Shown one piece after another: positions 1-9,545 of a stretch of DNA of 35,565 nucleotides. The notes below the pieces were generated by a model. That model was not told the origin of the DNA. It worked only from the letters and a program-made list of their open reading frames with translations, and made no database searches. The DNA is from Candidatus Hermodarchaeota archaeon (GTDB lineage Archaea > Asgardarchaeota > Lokiarchaeia > Sigyniarchaeales > SOKP01). The stretch lies in contig JBHLLP010000035.1 in NCBI GenBank assembly GCA_048885525.1, positions 1 to 35,565 of the forward strand. The letters are read 5' to 3'. The translations under genes and the position numbers were made by a program. Positions within the stretch are counted from its first letter, which is position 1; the number at the start of each line of letters is the position of its first letter.

Positions 1-569
1 ACGTTCCCCGTAATAAGGCAATTGCTCTGATATTCTAACTCAATTCCTCCCCTACGGTTATTTGATATTGTATTATTCGCAATAATGATATTAGATCCCT
101 TGTTTAGCTCAATTCCGTGATCATGACTAAACGAACAATTATTATTAATAATGATTCCATTTTTTACATTGTAAAATTGAATAGCTGGATATCCAGGACT
201 TCCAGGATTGTACCAACTTGTGTCATAGAATATACAATTTCTTATAATAAAAAAGACATTCGAATTCAAAATATGAATGCAATTACTAGACCCTTGTCCA
301 TTAATCGAGACGTTCTCAATGATATAAGGATCAGTTGGAGTACCTGCTCCAGTACACCACTCGTTGAAAATTTCAATACTCATCCAGTCTTTGAAAGGAT
401 CGTCATCATCAATCTCTATTGGTCCAATTTCCCAAATCTCTGATGTTTTTAATATTATATTCTTATCATTATCCAAAATATCATTATTATGGTAAAAATT
501 AGAATTATGTAAAATAAAGAATCCAAAAATACCTACTAATAAAAAAAACGTGATTTGTGTTCTTCTCAG
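1..569 (-). CDS. Secreted/membrane-anchored right-handed beta-helix (NosD-like) surface protein, 3' end outside the window
   Basis: Not in the ORF track. Manual minus-strand translation is open from 569 to the window edge: LRRTQITFFLLVGIFGFFILHNS...WCTGAGTPTDPYIIENVSINGQGSSNCIHILNSNVFFIIRNC...IIINNNCSFSHDHGIEL...IIIANNTISNNRRGGIEL. N-terminal hydrophobic anchor plus I-x-N-N-x-I/C parallel beta-helix repeats typical of Lokiarchaeia. The start appears to be CTG (567-569) after AGGTGA. Confidence 0.85.
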   Translation of the reverse strand, partial: MRRTQITFFLLVGIFGFFILHNSNFYHNNDILDNDKNIILKTSEIWEIGPIEIDDDDPFKDWMSIEIFNEWCTGAGTPTDPYIIENVSINGQGSSNCIHILNSNVFFIIRNCIFYDTSWYNPGSPGYPAIQFYNVKNGIIINNNCSFSHDHGIELNKGSNIIIANNTISNNRRGGIELEYQSNCLITGN

Positions 570-578
570 AGTATGATT

Positions 579-1424
579 TCACCTTATCTCTTGTTTTTTA
601 CTTTTTTCTTTTCTTTTATAATAAATATACCCTCCTATTACCAATAAAGCTGCGCCTGAAGCACTTGTAATTCCGATCAATAGAGGGGTAAGAGGAAATT
701 CAGGTACGGGTTGCTCTATATAGGTTAAATGTAATAAGGGACCAAAGAAGGTTTCATTATTATGCATTTCTTTTGAGGGTATCGCAACCTGCCCATGCTT
801 ATATGGCTCTTCGTTAATTTGTTGTATACAAATTGAAAGAATACATGTACCCCCATCATCAAATTGAATAAACTCTCGAACATCAACGAAATAAAGTATA
901 AGAGACATTCCAGGAGCCCATGAAAAGCCTCCAATATAAATTGAATCGATCTCTTTAATGGGCGCTGGTCTATTTTCCCACATTAAAGTTGATTCTTCCC
1001 AGTTATGAGATGTTACACTAACATTCCCATAGACAGGATACGAATGCGACTCATTTCCGCTAACGAACCCAACCCCTTGAATTTGTAATTCTGCACTTGT
1101 GAAATTTCTATATTTTGATGAGATTTCAAATAATAAAAAAATCTCTGTTATTATGCCATAATAATCCCCAAAATATAATAGCTCAGAATTTCCATAAGTC
1201 GTCATTGGATGGTTTGAGTCTACAAAAGTATCTTCTATTGGTAATAATGAAGTGTATTTAATATCTAAAGTACCTTTAATTTTTGGTATAGCAAATAACA
1301 ATGCAAAACTTAATATTAACACTAATAGAATAATTTTTTCTTTAGATCTCAACTTACTAACAAATCTTAGGATTTTAAATGTACAAATATAAAGATCATG
1401 ATAATTATTTAAATATTTATACAT
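579..1424 (-). CDS. DNRLRE/CBM96-like domain surface protein with C-terminal PEF-TM-basic anchor
   Basis: Motifs PIEDTFVD..P.T.YG, FLLFEI and WEESTLMWENRP; N-terminal hydrophobic segment; C-terminal VPEFP + TM helix + YYKRKEK. The real start is more likely the TTG at 1352 (LRSKEK...). Confidence 0.75.
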   Translation of the reverse strand: MYKYLNNYHDLYICTFKILRFVSKLRSKEKIILLVLILSFALLFAIPKIKGTLDIKYTSLLPIEDTFVDSNHPMTTYGNSELLYFGDYYGIITEIFLLFEISSKYRNFTSAELQIQGVGFVSGNESHSYPVYGNVSVTSHNWEESTLMWENRPAPIKEIDSIYIGGFSWAPGMSLILYFVDVREFIQFDDGGTCILSICIQQINEEPYKHGQVAIPSKEMHNNETFFGPLLHLTYIEQPVPEFPLTPLLIGITSASGAALLVIGGYIYYKRKEKSKKQEIR

Positions 1425-1528
1425 TTATGTAAGATATTTTTTCTTTAAATAATGAAAGCCAAATGCTGTGTTTACATCTAAAAATTTGATTACACGATTT
1501 GCAATTATAAAAAAAAAAGACAAATACA

Positions 1529-1966
1529 TTATTTCTTATATTTCCATCGTATTCTTTTTCGCATCAGTGCTAAAATAATGATTAAAGAAACACCCATAAT
1601 TAACCAGATACCAATATAACTTGGAACGGATGGCTCTTCCTTTACTTTTGTGGTAGTTGTACCATCACCCACATATAATTCTTTAGTACCACTTCCCATA
1701 ATACTACACCTCGCAATAACAGTGATCAAATCTCCTATTTGGGCGGTAACAGTGTAATTATAAGTCCAATCACATACACCGGGATGAACACTATAATTAT
1801 GGGTACTATACCATATCGAGTTGACTTGGACTTCTACTTCACTTGTGTACTGCAAAAGAGGAGACTCCGACCCTACTTCATGAGTTAATTCTATCGTAAG
1901 TAAATTAGGGGATGGATCATATGTTAATTCCATACGAGTTGGGGGATTTGCTTTTACATTGAACAT
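1529..1966 (-). CDS. Small beta-rich surface protein with C-terminal VPSY-TM-basic anchor; signal peptide appears disrupted
   Basis: Thr-rich linker, PSVPSY, TM helix, RKRIRWK tail. The ORF starts just before a signal-cleavage-like VKA-NPP, with an in-frame stop four codons upstream. Confidence 0.65.
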   Translation of the reverse strand: MFNVKANPPTRMELTYDPSPNLLTIELTHEVGSESPLLQYTSEVEVQVNSIWYSTHNYSVHPGVCDWTYNYTVTAQIGDLITVIARCSIMGSGTKELYVGDGTTTTKVKEEPSVPSYIGIWLIMGVSLIIILALMRKRIRWKYKK

Positions 1967-2099
1967 AAATGTAATTTATAACTACAGGTTGCTGAAAATA
2001 AGATATATGTAATATTGGCCCGAAGAAAGTAATGTAATGAATAAAATTTTTTTATTTACATATAATCTTCAGCTAAATATTCCAGATCTGGGATTTTAC

Positions 2100-2507
2100 T
2101 TATACACAGTATTTATTATCCATACACATTTCTTTTATGACATCTGCGAATTTATTAAATTGGGCAACTTTATGAGGATTGAATTTTTTGCCAAACGTTC
2201 CAAAGAATCTTTCTGCAAGTTCCTCTCCAAATTCTCTCCAAAGATCGATAGGATCTTCTTGATCACAGAGAATAATAATGCTAATAGGATCTCTTGGAAC
2301 AATAATACAATTATGTCCTCTTTTACCCTTAGTAGATATTAAAATTACAATCCCAATATCAAGCTCCTTAGACATAATATTTTGGATTGCGTTTAAAAAC
2401 CCGCTAAAAATAGTTGAATGTACTACATTAAATTTTGTATGGTCTTGGTGGTACTCCACAAGATTTAGTCCCGAATCAACATGTTGAATAAGAATAATAT
2501 CTAGCAT
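2100..2507 (-). CDS. Longin-like domain protein (Asgard eukaryotic signature-type)
   Basis: 135 aa with the pattern IILIQ..SGLNL...IFSGFLNAIQ..SKE...IIILCD..D, then a helix and ERFF..F, typical of Asgard longin-fold proteins. Confidence 0.65.
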   Translation of the reverse strand: MLDIILIQHVDSGLNLVEYHQDHTKFNVVHSTIFSGFLNAIQNIMSKELDIGIVILISTKGKRGHNCIIVPRDPISIIILCDQEDPIDLWREFGEELAERFFGTFGKKFNPHKVAQFNKFADVIKEMCMDNKYCV

Positions 2508-2648
2508 CTATTAATTACAAAAGTAAAGTAATTATTAAATAATTTTCAAAAATAAGATTTGTAATGGCAAAGTTGATATTGAAAATTACACTGACTCTTA
2601 TCCTTTTAAAAGAAGAAGATAAAATAATATCTACTTATAATACACAAG

Positions 2649-2888
2649 TTGATCACTAAAATGATTAAAGAGAATTCACAAAATAAGAAGTGTGCTGAAT
2701 GTGGGAAACCAATTTCTTTTTTAGAGTTTTTAAGAGATAATCCTTCATTTTCGAAATTAATAGGAAAGGAAGTATGGAATGATTCTATGATTTTAAAATT
2801 TTGTCCTAACTGTTATTTTAACAGCCCCGAGAAGCCATTCAAAGTAAAAAGAGGGTATTTTAACTATTATATTAGATTTAGAAAGTAA
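2649..2888 (+). CDS. Small C4 zinc-finger protein
   Basis: CAECG...FCPNCY (two CxxC); the ATG at 2661 may be the real start. Confidence 0.7.
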   Translation: MITKMIKENSQNKKCAECGKPISFLEFLRDNPSFSKLIGKEVWNDSMILKFCPNCYFNSPEKPFKVKRGYFNYYIRFRK

Positions 2889-3030
2889 TTATTCAAAATA
2901 TCTGTTGACTCTCAATTAAGTGAAAGCATGGATAAAAATTGGACTAGTTATCTCTTTAATATAGTTTTGATAATGTTTTAATTAATTAAAAAAAAAATTT
3001 ATTTTACCTTAAACAAAAAGTTGAAAACAT

Positions 3031-4812
3031 ATGAAAAAGGGGCAAATGCTTTTTATTATTTTCTTTAGTCTTTTTTGTTCATGTTTGTATATGAGTCAAT
3101 CAAAAGTAACAATTGGTATTTCATGTTTAAATTTTAAAATAAAAAACGATTATGGCGTCTTCTTTGGTAATAATGAGGACCATGCGTTGACTCAAATTTC
3201 TAATACCGTTATTACTTTTGTGCCTAATGGCTCAACTTGGTATGATGGCTCAACAATATTATATGGAGCTGTTATAGTTGGCTATGGTAATGTAAGTGGA
3301 TTAAGCTGGTTTCAAGGAGGGATGAATGAAAAGGGATTAGCATTTGATTCGACATCTGTTCCTTATACAACGCCAAATCTTCATAGTGAGAGACCACAGA
3401 ATTTAGTTCCAGAAATATTCAGTTGTAAAACAATAACTGAGGTTATTGATTATAAAGCAGCACATGGAGTATACCAACAAGAAGGTAGTGTTCAATCAAT
3501 GTATCTTGATAATACAGGGGAGTCCGTAGTATTTAACATAGGAGTAGATGGTGAATTTGATTTCTTTCGTAACAATGATACTTTTCAATTAGCTTCCAAT
3601 TTTTATTTTAATAACACTTCACGAGGCAATCCAAGTTCAGATTCAATTAGAAGATATAATGCTGCAGAAGAAAAACTTAATGATATTGATGTAAATAGTA
3701 CTCTAACAATAGAATCCATTAGAAATGTTTTAGAAGCAGCCCATTTTGAAGGACCGCTCATAAATACTTTATATTCTAATATTTTTGATGTGACCAATGG
3801 CGATATCTATCTATATTTTTTTCATCAATTTGAAGAAGTTGTTATATTAAATCTTGAACAAGAATTAGCGAAAGGTTGGCATTCTTATCGAATTTCTGAT
3901 CTGTTTACTCAAGAACTCGTAGACAAAGCATTAAATGAATATCATGAATATTCAATTTTAATCCGATTATTTCCAACGGATATCCTACTTCTAATTGTAA
4001 CCATTCTCCTTGATATAATTATTAGTATTTACATTATATTTCTACTTATTAGGAGATTAATTCATAAAATCGGTAAGTCTAAGCAATTAAATAAGCTGAA
4101 AACGAATACAGATACTTCAAAAGGACTTCGTACCCAGATAATTCTTTCCTTAGCTATAATTTGGTCTTTTTTAAGCTTCTCGATGATCTATTGGAATCAT
4201 TCTGGAGAATGGTGGCCATTTTTTGATGATATTCCTATTTTAAATTTGTCTCTCCAACCCTTTTATGCATTTCATAATTTATTTCTACTCTTTAGTATAT
4301 TAGGCATTTTTTTAACTGCTTTTCTATTATTTTCATTCAGCAACAAAGGAGAGTTAGTAATATTAGTAAAAAGAGGTTTAACTCTTGGAAAAAAGGAAAA
4401 AAGTAGATATATAGTTAATTTTAGTATTCCAGTATTGATTGCTATTATTTTCCTTTTTCTCGAAATATTTAACATCATTCCCAAGCTAGACTGGCTAATG
4501 TTTGTAATTACATATCCTTTAATTGTAATTATGCTTATTATACTGCTTCCATTGGCTAAAAAGAAGGAAAAAGAAGACCAGAACTCTACTCAGGTTAAAT
4601 TAATAATAAACCTAATAAAGGAAAGTGCTTTTTTAATTTTAACCTGGGCTATTTGGTTTTTACCACTTCTTTTCACAGGAATATTAGATCAGATGTATAT
4701 TTTATTATTGTTAAACCTATCAATATCCTTAACCGTTGTTGCATTTTTTGAAATTTTTCTTAATCATCGAGAGTACAGAGAAAAACGTAGAAAAAAATTA
4801 AATATTAATTAA
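3031..4812 (+). CDS. Ntn-hydrolase (C45/choloylglycine-hydrolase-like) with signal peptide and C-terminal ~7-TM domain
   Basis: Cys nucleophile context SCLNF...FFGNNED, GGMNEKGLAFD, ASNF, RRY, TLYSNIFD; seven hydrophobic segments after residue ~315. Confidence 0.8.
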   Translation: MKKGQMLFIIFFSLFCSCLYMSQSKVTIGISCLNFKIKNDYGVFFGNNEDHALTQISNTVITFVPNGSTWYDGSTILYGAVIVGYGNVSGLSWFQGGMNEKGLAFDSTSVPYTTPNLHSERPQNLVPEIFSCKTITEVIDYKAAHGVYQQEGSVQSMYLDNTGESVVFNIGVDGEFDFFRNNDTFQLASNFYFNNTSRGNPSSDSIRRYNAAEEKLNDIDVNSTLTIESIRNVLEAAHFEGPLINTLYSNIFDVTNGDIYLYFFHQFEEVVILNLEQELAKGWHSYRISDLFTQELVDKALNEYHEYSILIRLFPTDILLLIVTILLDIIISIYIIFLLIRRLIHKIGKSKQLNKLKTNTDTSKGLRTQIILSLAIIWSFLSFSMIYWNHSGEWWPFFDDIPILNLSLQPFYAFHNLFLLFSILGIFLTAFLLFSFSNKGELVILVKRGLTLGKKEKSRYIVNFSIPVLIAIIFLFLEIFNIIPKLDWLMFVITYPLIVIMLIILLPLAKKKEKEDQNSTQVKLIINLIKESAFLILTWAIWFLPLLFTGILDQMYILLLLNLSISLTVVAFFEIFLNHREYREKRRKKLNIN

Positions 4813-4936
4813 TATCAACTTTTTTTATCTTTGTAAACCAAAAAATTTAGATATCTCCCATAGAGGTTAATAATCATTTTCTAATTTCTGAGAATAACAG
4901 GACAAGATCATCTAAATTAAGAGGTTTCTCCGAGCC

Positions 4937-5230
4937 TTGATATTTCAATTTTATATTTTAGATGGATATACTCTCGGAACATATAATGTTATTATTTGGG
5001 CAAGAGGACTAGATGGAAAAGAAGTTGAAATTCAATCAGTATTTACTGTCTATTTAGAAAAGAAAAAACTGCCAATAACTTATAAAACAGAGTTGATCAT
5101 TAGTTCAATTCTCATAGGGACTCTTGTTGGTATTCCAAGTGTAATTCTCATTGGATCAAGTCGATATCTTCAAAAGTCAAAAACTAATTTTCATAAAAAA
5201 AAGGATTTTAAAAAAAAAAAGGTTAATTAG
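4937..5230 (+). pseudogene. Probable C-terminal fragment of a membrane-anchored surface protein
   Basis: Begins mid-domain (GTYNVIIWARGLDG, an Ig-like last strand), then TM + basic tail; no signal peptide; weak TTG start. Confidence 0.45.
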
Positions 5231-5234
5231 AGGT

Positions 5235-5567
5235 TTATCCCGCGGTACTGGCAGGGATTAATAAAATATCATCTCCATTATTTACATCATAATCCCTTAA
5301 TGAGCGGTTCTCATCCAATGTAACTCCACCAGAAGACAAGTGAAAATCATTAGGATCAAGCCCATATAGATTTCCTAAAGTATGCTTTATTTCATTCACA
5401 TTATTACTGTCATTTACAGTTAGTTTTTCTTTCTTTTCACCAGGACCTATTGTTGACATAAAATATAAAGTTAATTTCTTTCCTCCTGAAGGAATTTTTG
5501 ACGCAGGAGTTTTCGATTTTACTGGTTCTTCTCCGCCTAAATCCTCATCAAATTCATCAAAACTCAT
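5235..5567 (-). CDS. Ubiquitin-like (beta-grasp) protein with acidic disordered N-terminal extension
   Basis: LTV..SNNVNEIKH.L...YG.DP..FHL..GG.TLDENRSLRDYDV..GD.ILL parallels ubiquitin LEV..SDTI..VK..I....G.P...QRL...G..L.D..TL.DY.I...S.L.L; ends in STAG. Confidence 0.85.
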   Translation of the reverse strand: MSFDEFDEDLGGEEPVKSKTPASKIPSGGKKLTLYFMSTIGPGEKKEKLTVNDSNNVNEIKHTLGNLYGLDPNDFHLSSGGVTLDENRSLRDYDVNNGDDILLIPASTAG

Positions 5568-5961
5568 TTATATCACATTTTTAATTTTTTTTATCAATAT
5601 AATTAGTTAATAGAATGACATTAACTCAATATTATAAAACCCATTGGAATGATTTTGTAGTTTGGTAGATTTGAGAGAAAATAATTGAAATATCAGAAAA
5701 GAAATACCGTACCTCATCAGGATATTTGCGTTTTTAAATATAAAAAGGACTGAAATTATCATTAAAAACCCATATTCATGTAAAGTTCTATATAAGAAAA
5801 TAAGATTGAAGTAAATCAACTACTTCATTAAAACTTATTTTATTTTTTTATTAACTTTAAGAGCTTAAATTGTTATTTATGATAAACCATATCTAGATTT
5901 ACTCTTTGGGCAAAATAGGAAAGTTATTAATATTATAGGAAGTTAATTACCTATTAAAAAA

Positions 5962-7074
5962 ATGAGAAGATTATTAAAAATGATACCTAAACGAACTAAA
6001 AGAATTACTTCAGAATGGCTTAATACAGTTCTTCATAACTCAGGATATCTTAAAGATGTTAATATCAAATCAATTTCGAGAGAACCATGGGGCGCAGGGG
6101 AAGGTTTTACGAGTGATATGGCAAGATTAACAATAACATATGATAAGGAATCTCCTGAACTCCCAAGAACCATGATTGTAAAAATGCCAACAACTTTTAG
6201 AACAGCTTTAGCAGTTGCACTTCAATATAATATTTATGAAAGAGAGATTAGATTTTATAATGAAGTAGTACCAAAAAGTCCTATACGCGTTCCTGAAGTA
6301 ATTTATTCTGCAATTGATTTAGAAAATAAAAATTCTATTCTTATCCTTGAAGATTGTTCAAGCTTTACGCAGATAGACCAAATTGATGGTTTAAATCTAG
6401 AGCAAACGAAACTGACGATAGACACTATAGCAGAATTTCATGCGAGATGGTGGGATGCTCCAGATCTTTATTCTTTTGATTGGATTGGTAGACCAAGGGA
6501 TAAATATGCAATGGCTTTAATTGATACCTATCGTAATGACTGGGATCTCTCAATAAAATCTGAAGAATTTAAAGAAATCCTCCCCGAAGGTAGTCAAAAA
6601 GTCGGAGAAAAGATATCTAAACATTTTCCTTGGCTAGTAAATGATATTCCGGATGACAATTTAACTATTGCTCATTTTGACTTTCGCGTAGATAATTTGT
6701 TTTTCGATTTTGAGAATAAAGAAAATTCTTTAATAGTATTCGATTGGGGATCAGCAGTTATTAATGGAGGTATTCTGGACATTGCATATTTGTTAGGAGA
6801 GAGTCTTAAAATTGATTTAAGACGTAAAATTGAAAAGAAAATGGTTAAATATTATATAAAACGACTTGAAGAAAAAGGTATAACTGGTTTTGATTTTGAT
6901 TATGTTTGGAATTTTTACTTAAGATCTTTAATGTGTTATGCTTATATACCTGTTTTAGGTTATATTGAATTGGATCGGAGTGATCCAAGGGCGATGGAAT
7001 TATTTAAGACACTTACAAAAAGACAATTTACAGCAATAATTGATAATGATGCAACAAGTGTGTGTCCATCCTAA
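5962..7074 (+). CDS. Ecdysteroid-kinase-like / APH-family phosphotransferase
   Basis: GEGFTS, IVKMP, YEREIRFY, LILED, FHA.WW, HFDFRVDNLFF, VFDWG, DIAYLL. Confidence 0.85.
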   Translation: MRRLLKMIPKRTKRITSEWLNTVLHNSGYLKDVNIKSISREPWGAGEGFTSDMARLTITYDKESPELPRTMIVKMPTTFRTALAVALQYNIYEREIRFYNEVVPKSPIRVPEVIYSAIDLENKNSILILEDCSSFTQIDQIDGLNLEQTKLTIDTIAEFHARWWDAPDLYSFDWIGRPRDKYAMALIDTYRNDWDLSIKSEEFKEILPEGSQKVGEKISKHFPWLVNDIPDDNLTIAHFDFRVDNLFFDFENKENSLIVFDWGSAVINGGILDIAYLLGESLKIDLRRKIEKKMVKYYIKRLEEKGITGFDFDYVWNFYLRSLMCYAYIPVLGYIELDRSDPRAMELFKTLTKRQFTAIIDNDATSVCPS

Positions 7075-7112
7075 GAAAATTATATAAAACATCCTTAAAG
7101 ATTTAATTCAAA

Positions 7113-7820
7113 TTATTTCCACCAATGTGGAATTTCTAGTGATTTTAATTCACCATAATCTAATAAAAGAATATGATCTTCCTCAAATGTAAAGGCAAAA
7201 CCTCCAAGAAATTTAACCCATCTCTCATCTGGAGCAATTCCAAACCATCCAAATCTAAGACTCATTAAATGCCAATCGTGGGTAATATAAATATCCAAAC
7301 CCCCTTCAGGAGCATCTTTAAGTTGATTCCAAATAAGATGAGCTGATTTTTGAGAATATTGTATAAACGGTGTCCATTCCTCGGGAAGATAAAAACCAGC
7401 AGCCCAACGGAATAGAATATCTTTAAAGTGATAATTCTTAAATTGCGCTAAAAAAGATCGATCATCAATTCCAATATCATAAAGTGGTGAAAATACGCCT
7501 TTTAGTTCACTCTTCCCACCTATACTTTTAAATCCATTATGGATATCTTCTGCTGTTTCTTCACATCTCCATATTATACTATGAAAAATCCTAATCGGTT
7601 TGTTTTTAGGTAAACTTGCACCAAACTTTTTTGCGACAGCATGACCTTCTGGGGTTAATCTTAATTTATGGACTTTATTTAGAAATTCTGGCTCATTTCT
7701 ATGAGAATGCCTCAAGATCAAAATTAATTTTGAATCTTCATGAAATTCACTAATTCCATTGATGAGACTACGTGCATGAGTTGTCCAATTGCTGGTTGCC
7801 CAAATCTTTTCAATGTTCAT
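7113..7820 (-). CDS. Histidine phosphatase superfamily protein
   Basis: LILRHS, LTPEG, S...RCEETA and ITHD motifs. Confidence 0.85.
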   Translation of the reverse strand: MNIEKIWATSNWTTHARSLINGISEFHEDSKLILILRHSHRNEPEFLNKVHKLRLTPEGHAVAKKFGASLPKNKPIRIFHSIIWRCEETAEDIHNGFKSIGGKSELKGVFSPLYDIGIDDRSFLAQFKNYHFKDILFRWAAGFYLPEEWTPFIQYSQKSAHLIWNQLKDAPEGGLDIYITHDWHLMSLRFGWFGIAPDERWVKFLGGFAFTFEEDHILLLDYGELKSLEIPHWWK

Positions 7821-8128
7821 TTTGTTTCAATAATATATTACTTTTAATAATATAAATTAAGAATATAATATTAAGTTTAATTTTATCATCCAACTCCTTA
7901 AATTATCTAGCAAATATTTAACTCTATCATGACATATGAAGATGATGCAATGACTATCGATAAAATAAAGGTGTTTTTATTTTTCTAGTTTTGGGATTTC
8001 AGTCTTACTCGTTGAATGATTATCAATTCCAATTTGAATAATAAAATTTCAAGTTTAAAATAAGAATTTGATAAATGAATTATAAATAGTTATTATTCCT
8101 ATTTTTATTAGTACTTTAATTTACTAAA

Positions 8129-8497
8129 ATGTACACTATTATGAGGAATCAAGATAGGATTAAGTTAATGAAAATAATCTGGAGAATATTATTTGGGCTT
8201 AACATCATGTTTTTTACGTTAATATTTATTGATATTTTAATTATGATTTACTATCTTACCTATAATCCCCAAAATCTTCCTTGTCTTATGTGTGTCGGAT
8301 GTCCATGCCCATATATGGATTTTCTTAGAGCTAAAGAATATTACCTTAATTTTTTATTCCCAATCGCGATTTTGCTAAATTTATTATTAATTATTATATC
8401 TACAGTTTTAATTGTAATTTTAAAATATAACGCTAGAGCTTTTAAATTTGCAAATCTTAAAAAGAAACTGAGTTTAAGGAAGATTTACACACACTAA
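8129..8497 (+). CDS. Two-TM membrane protein with Cys-rich loop
   Basis: Two hydrophobic helices flanking PCLMCVGCPCP; basic C-terminal tail. Confidence 0.6.
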   Translation: MYTIMRNQDRIKLMKIIWRILFGLNIMFFTLIFIDILIMIYYLTYNPQNLPCLMCVGCPCPYMDFLRAKEYYLNFLFPIAILLNLLLIIISTVLIVILKYNARAFKFANLKKKLSLRKIYTH

Positions 8498-8774
8498 ATA
8501 TTAAAATTTCTAATTTTAAATGAATTTAATAAATGTTTAAAGGGGTATTAGCTAATATTTATCCCTTTTCTATTTCTTTGTATATTCAAAAATACTGAAC
8601 TTACAAATAGAATTCCAAATAAAAAAGTATAGTAATAGCATCCAATATTACGTTGGTTAGTTATAATTGGTATTGTCTATTTGTTGTTTAGTACACCATT
8701 GATTTACTTCTCTTGAATATTTTAAGAATTGATGACAAGTTTTATATTATTATTTATATGATACTCTTTATAGA

Positions 8775-9491
8775 ATGAAGTTAAAAATAACTCTGATTCT
8801 GCTATTAATCTTAGTTCTCACAGGGCTCATGTATGCAAATTCAATATTAGTAGTCCAAAATTATACTTCGTTAAGAGTTCAAAATCCAAATCTAACAATT
8901 TATCCTACAAAAGACGCATATGTCAATGATTTGTATCCTACAGATCCCGCTGGACTTCGACCATGGCTTTACATCGCTGATAACATGTCTATAATCCAGA
9001 CGTGTCAAACCTTTATATATTTCGATCTTCCTTCTAACTATAGTAGATATAAAGTAATAATGATTCAATTCCATGTGTCTCTCTGGGTTAATGATACTTT
9101 TTATGTGGATTTCTATAAAATCAACCAAAATTGGGATGAATCCTCGATAATATGGAATAATAAACCTCCCTTGGGAGATTTCATGTTTAATCTAACGCTC
9201 TTACAAAATCATAATTATAGTATTAATATCAAAGATTACCTTGTATTCAATACTTTTTCAATTTGTATCACAGCCTCTTATCCTCAAGAAAATTATTGGA
9301 GAATTTCGTCTACAGAGAATAGTTGGGATGAGATAGGCGAGCGTTTCGTAATTGATTTAATGGAAATTGACCCAATTGATAATTTTATTGTTATAGGCAT
9401 AATTATAATTTCAATTGTAGCTGTTGTTGGTATAGGAACAGCATTATATTTTTATTATACTCGGAGAAAACAAATGAAATCTGTAGAATAG
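8775..9491 (+). CDS. DNRLRE/CBM96-like domain surface protein with C-terminal TM anchor
   Basis: Signal peptide; PTKDAYVN..YP, FIYFDL, WDESSIIWNNKP; C-terminal TM + YYTRRK. Confidence 0.75.
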   Translation: MKLKITLILLLILVLTGLMYANSILVVQNYTSLRVQNPNLTIYPTKDAYVNDLYPTDPAGLRPWLYIADNMSIIQTCQTFIYFDLPSNYSRYKVIMIQFHVSLWVNDTFYVDFYKINQNWDESSIIWNNKPPLGDFMFNLTLLQNHNYSINIKDYLVFNTFSICITASYPQENYWRISSTENSWDEIGERFVIDLMEIDPIDNFIVIGIIIISIVAVVGIGTALYFYYTRRKQMKSVE

Positions 9492-9545
9492 ATCTTTATT
9501 TAAAAAATACTCCCTTTTAAGAAATTTCAAGTAAAAAAGATCTGG

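Noticed and set aside
117-443. 108-aa + strand ORF from the track
   Set aside because: Antisense shadow of the minus-strand beta-helix gene, which has clear family motifs.
579-581. In-frame TGA between the DNRLRE-like gene and the beta-helix gene as a second Sec/readthrough site
   Set aside because: The upstream protein ends naturally (TM + basic tail), the downstream one begins with its own signal anchor and SD-like AGGTGA, and there is no Cys partner or visible SECIS.
5607-5819. 70-aa minus-strand ORF upstream of the ubiquitin-like gene
   Set aside because: Low-complexity AT-rich translation with a TTG start in a probable promoter region; no motif.
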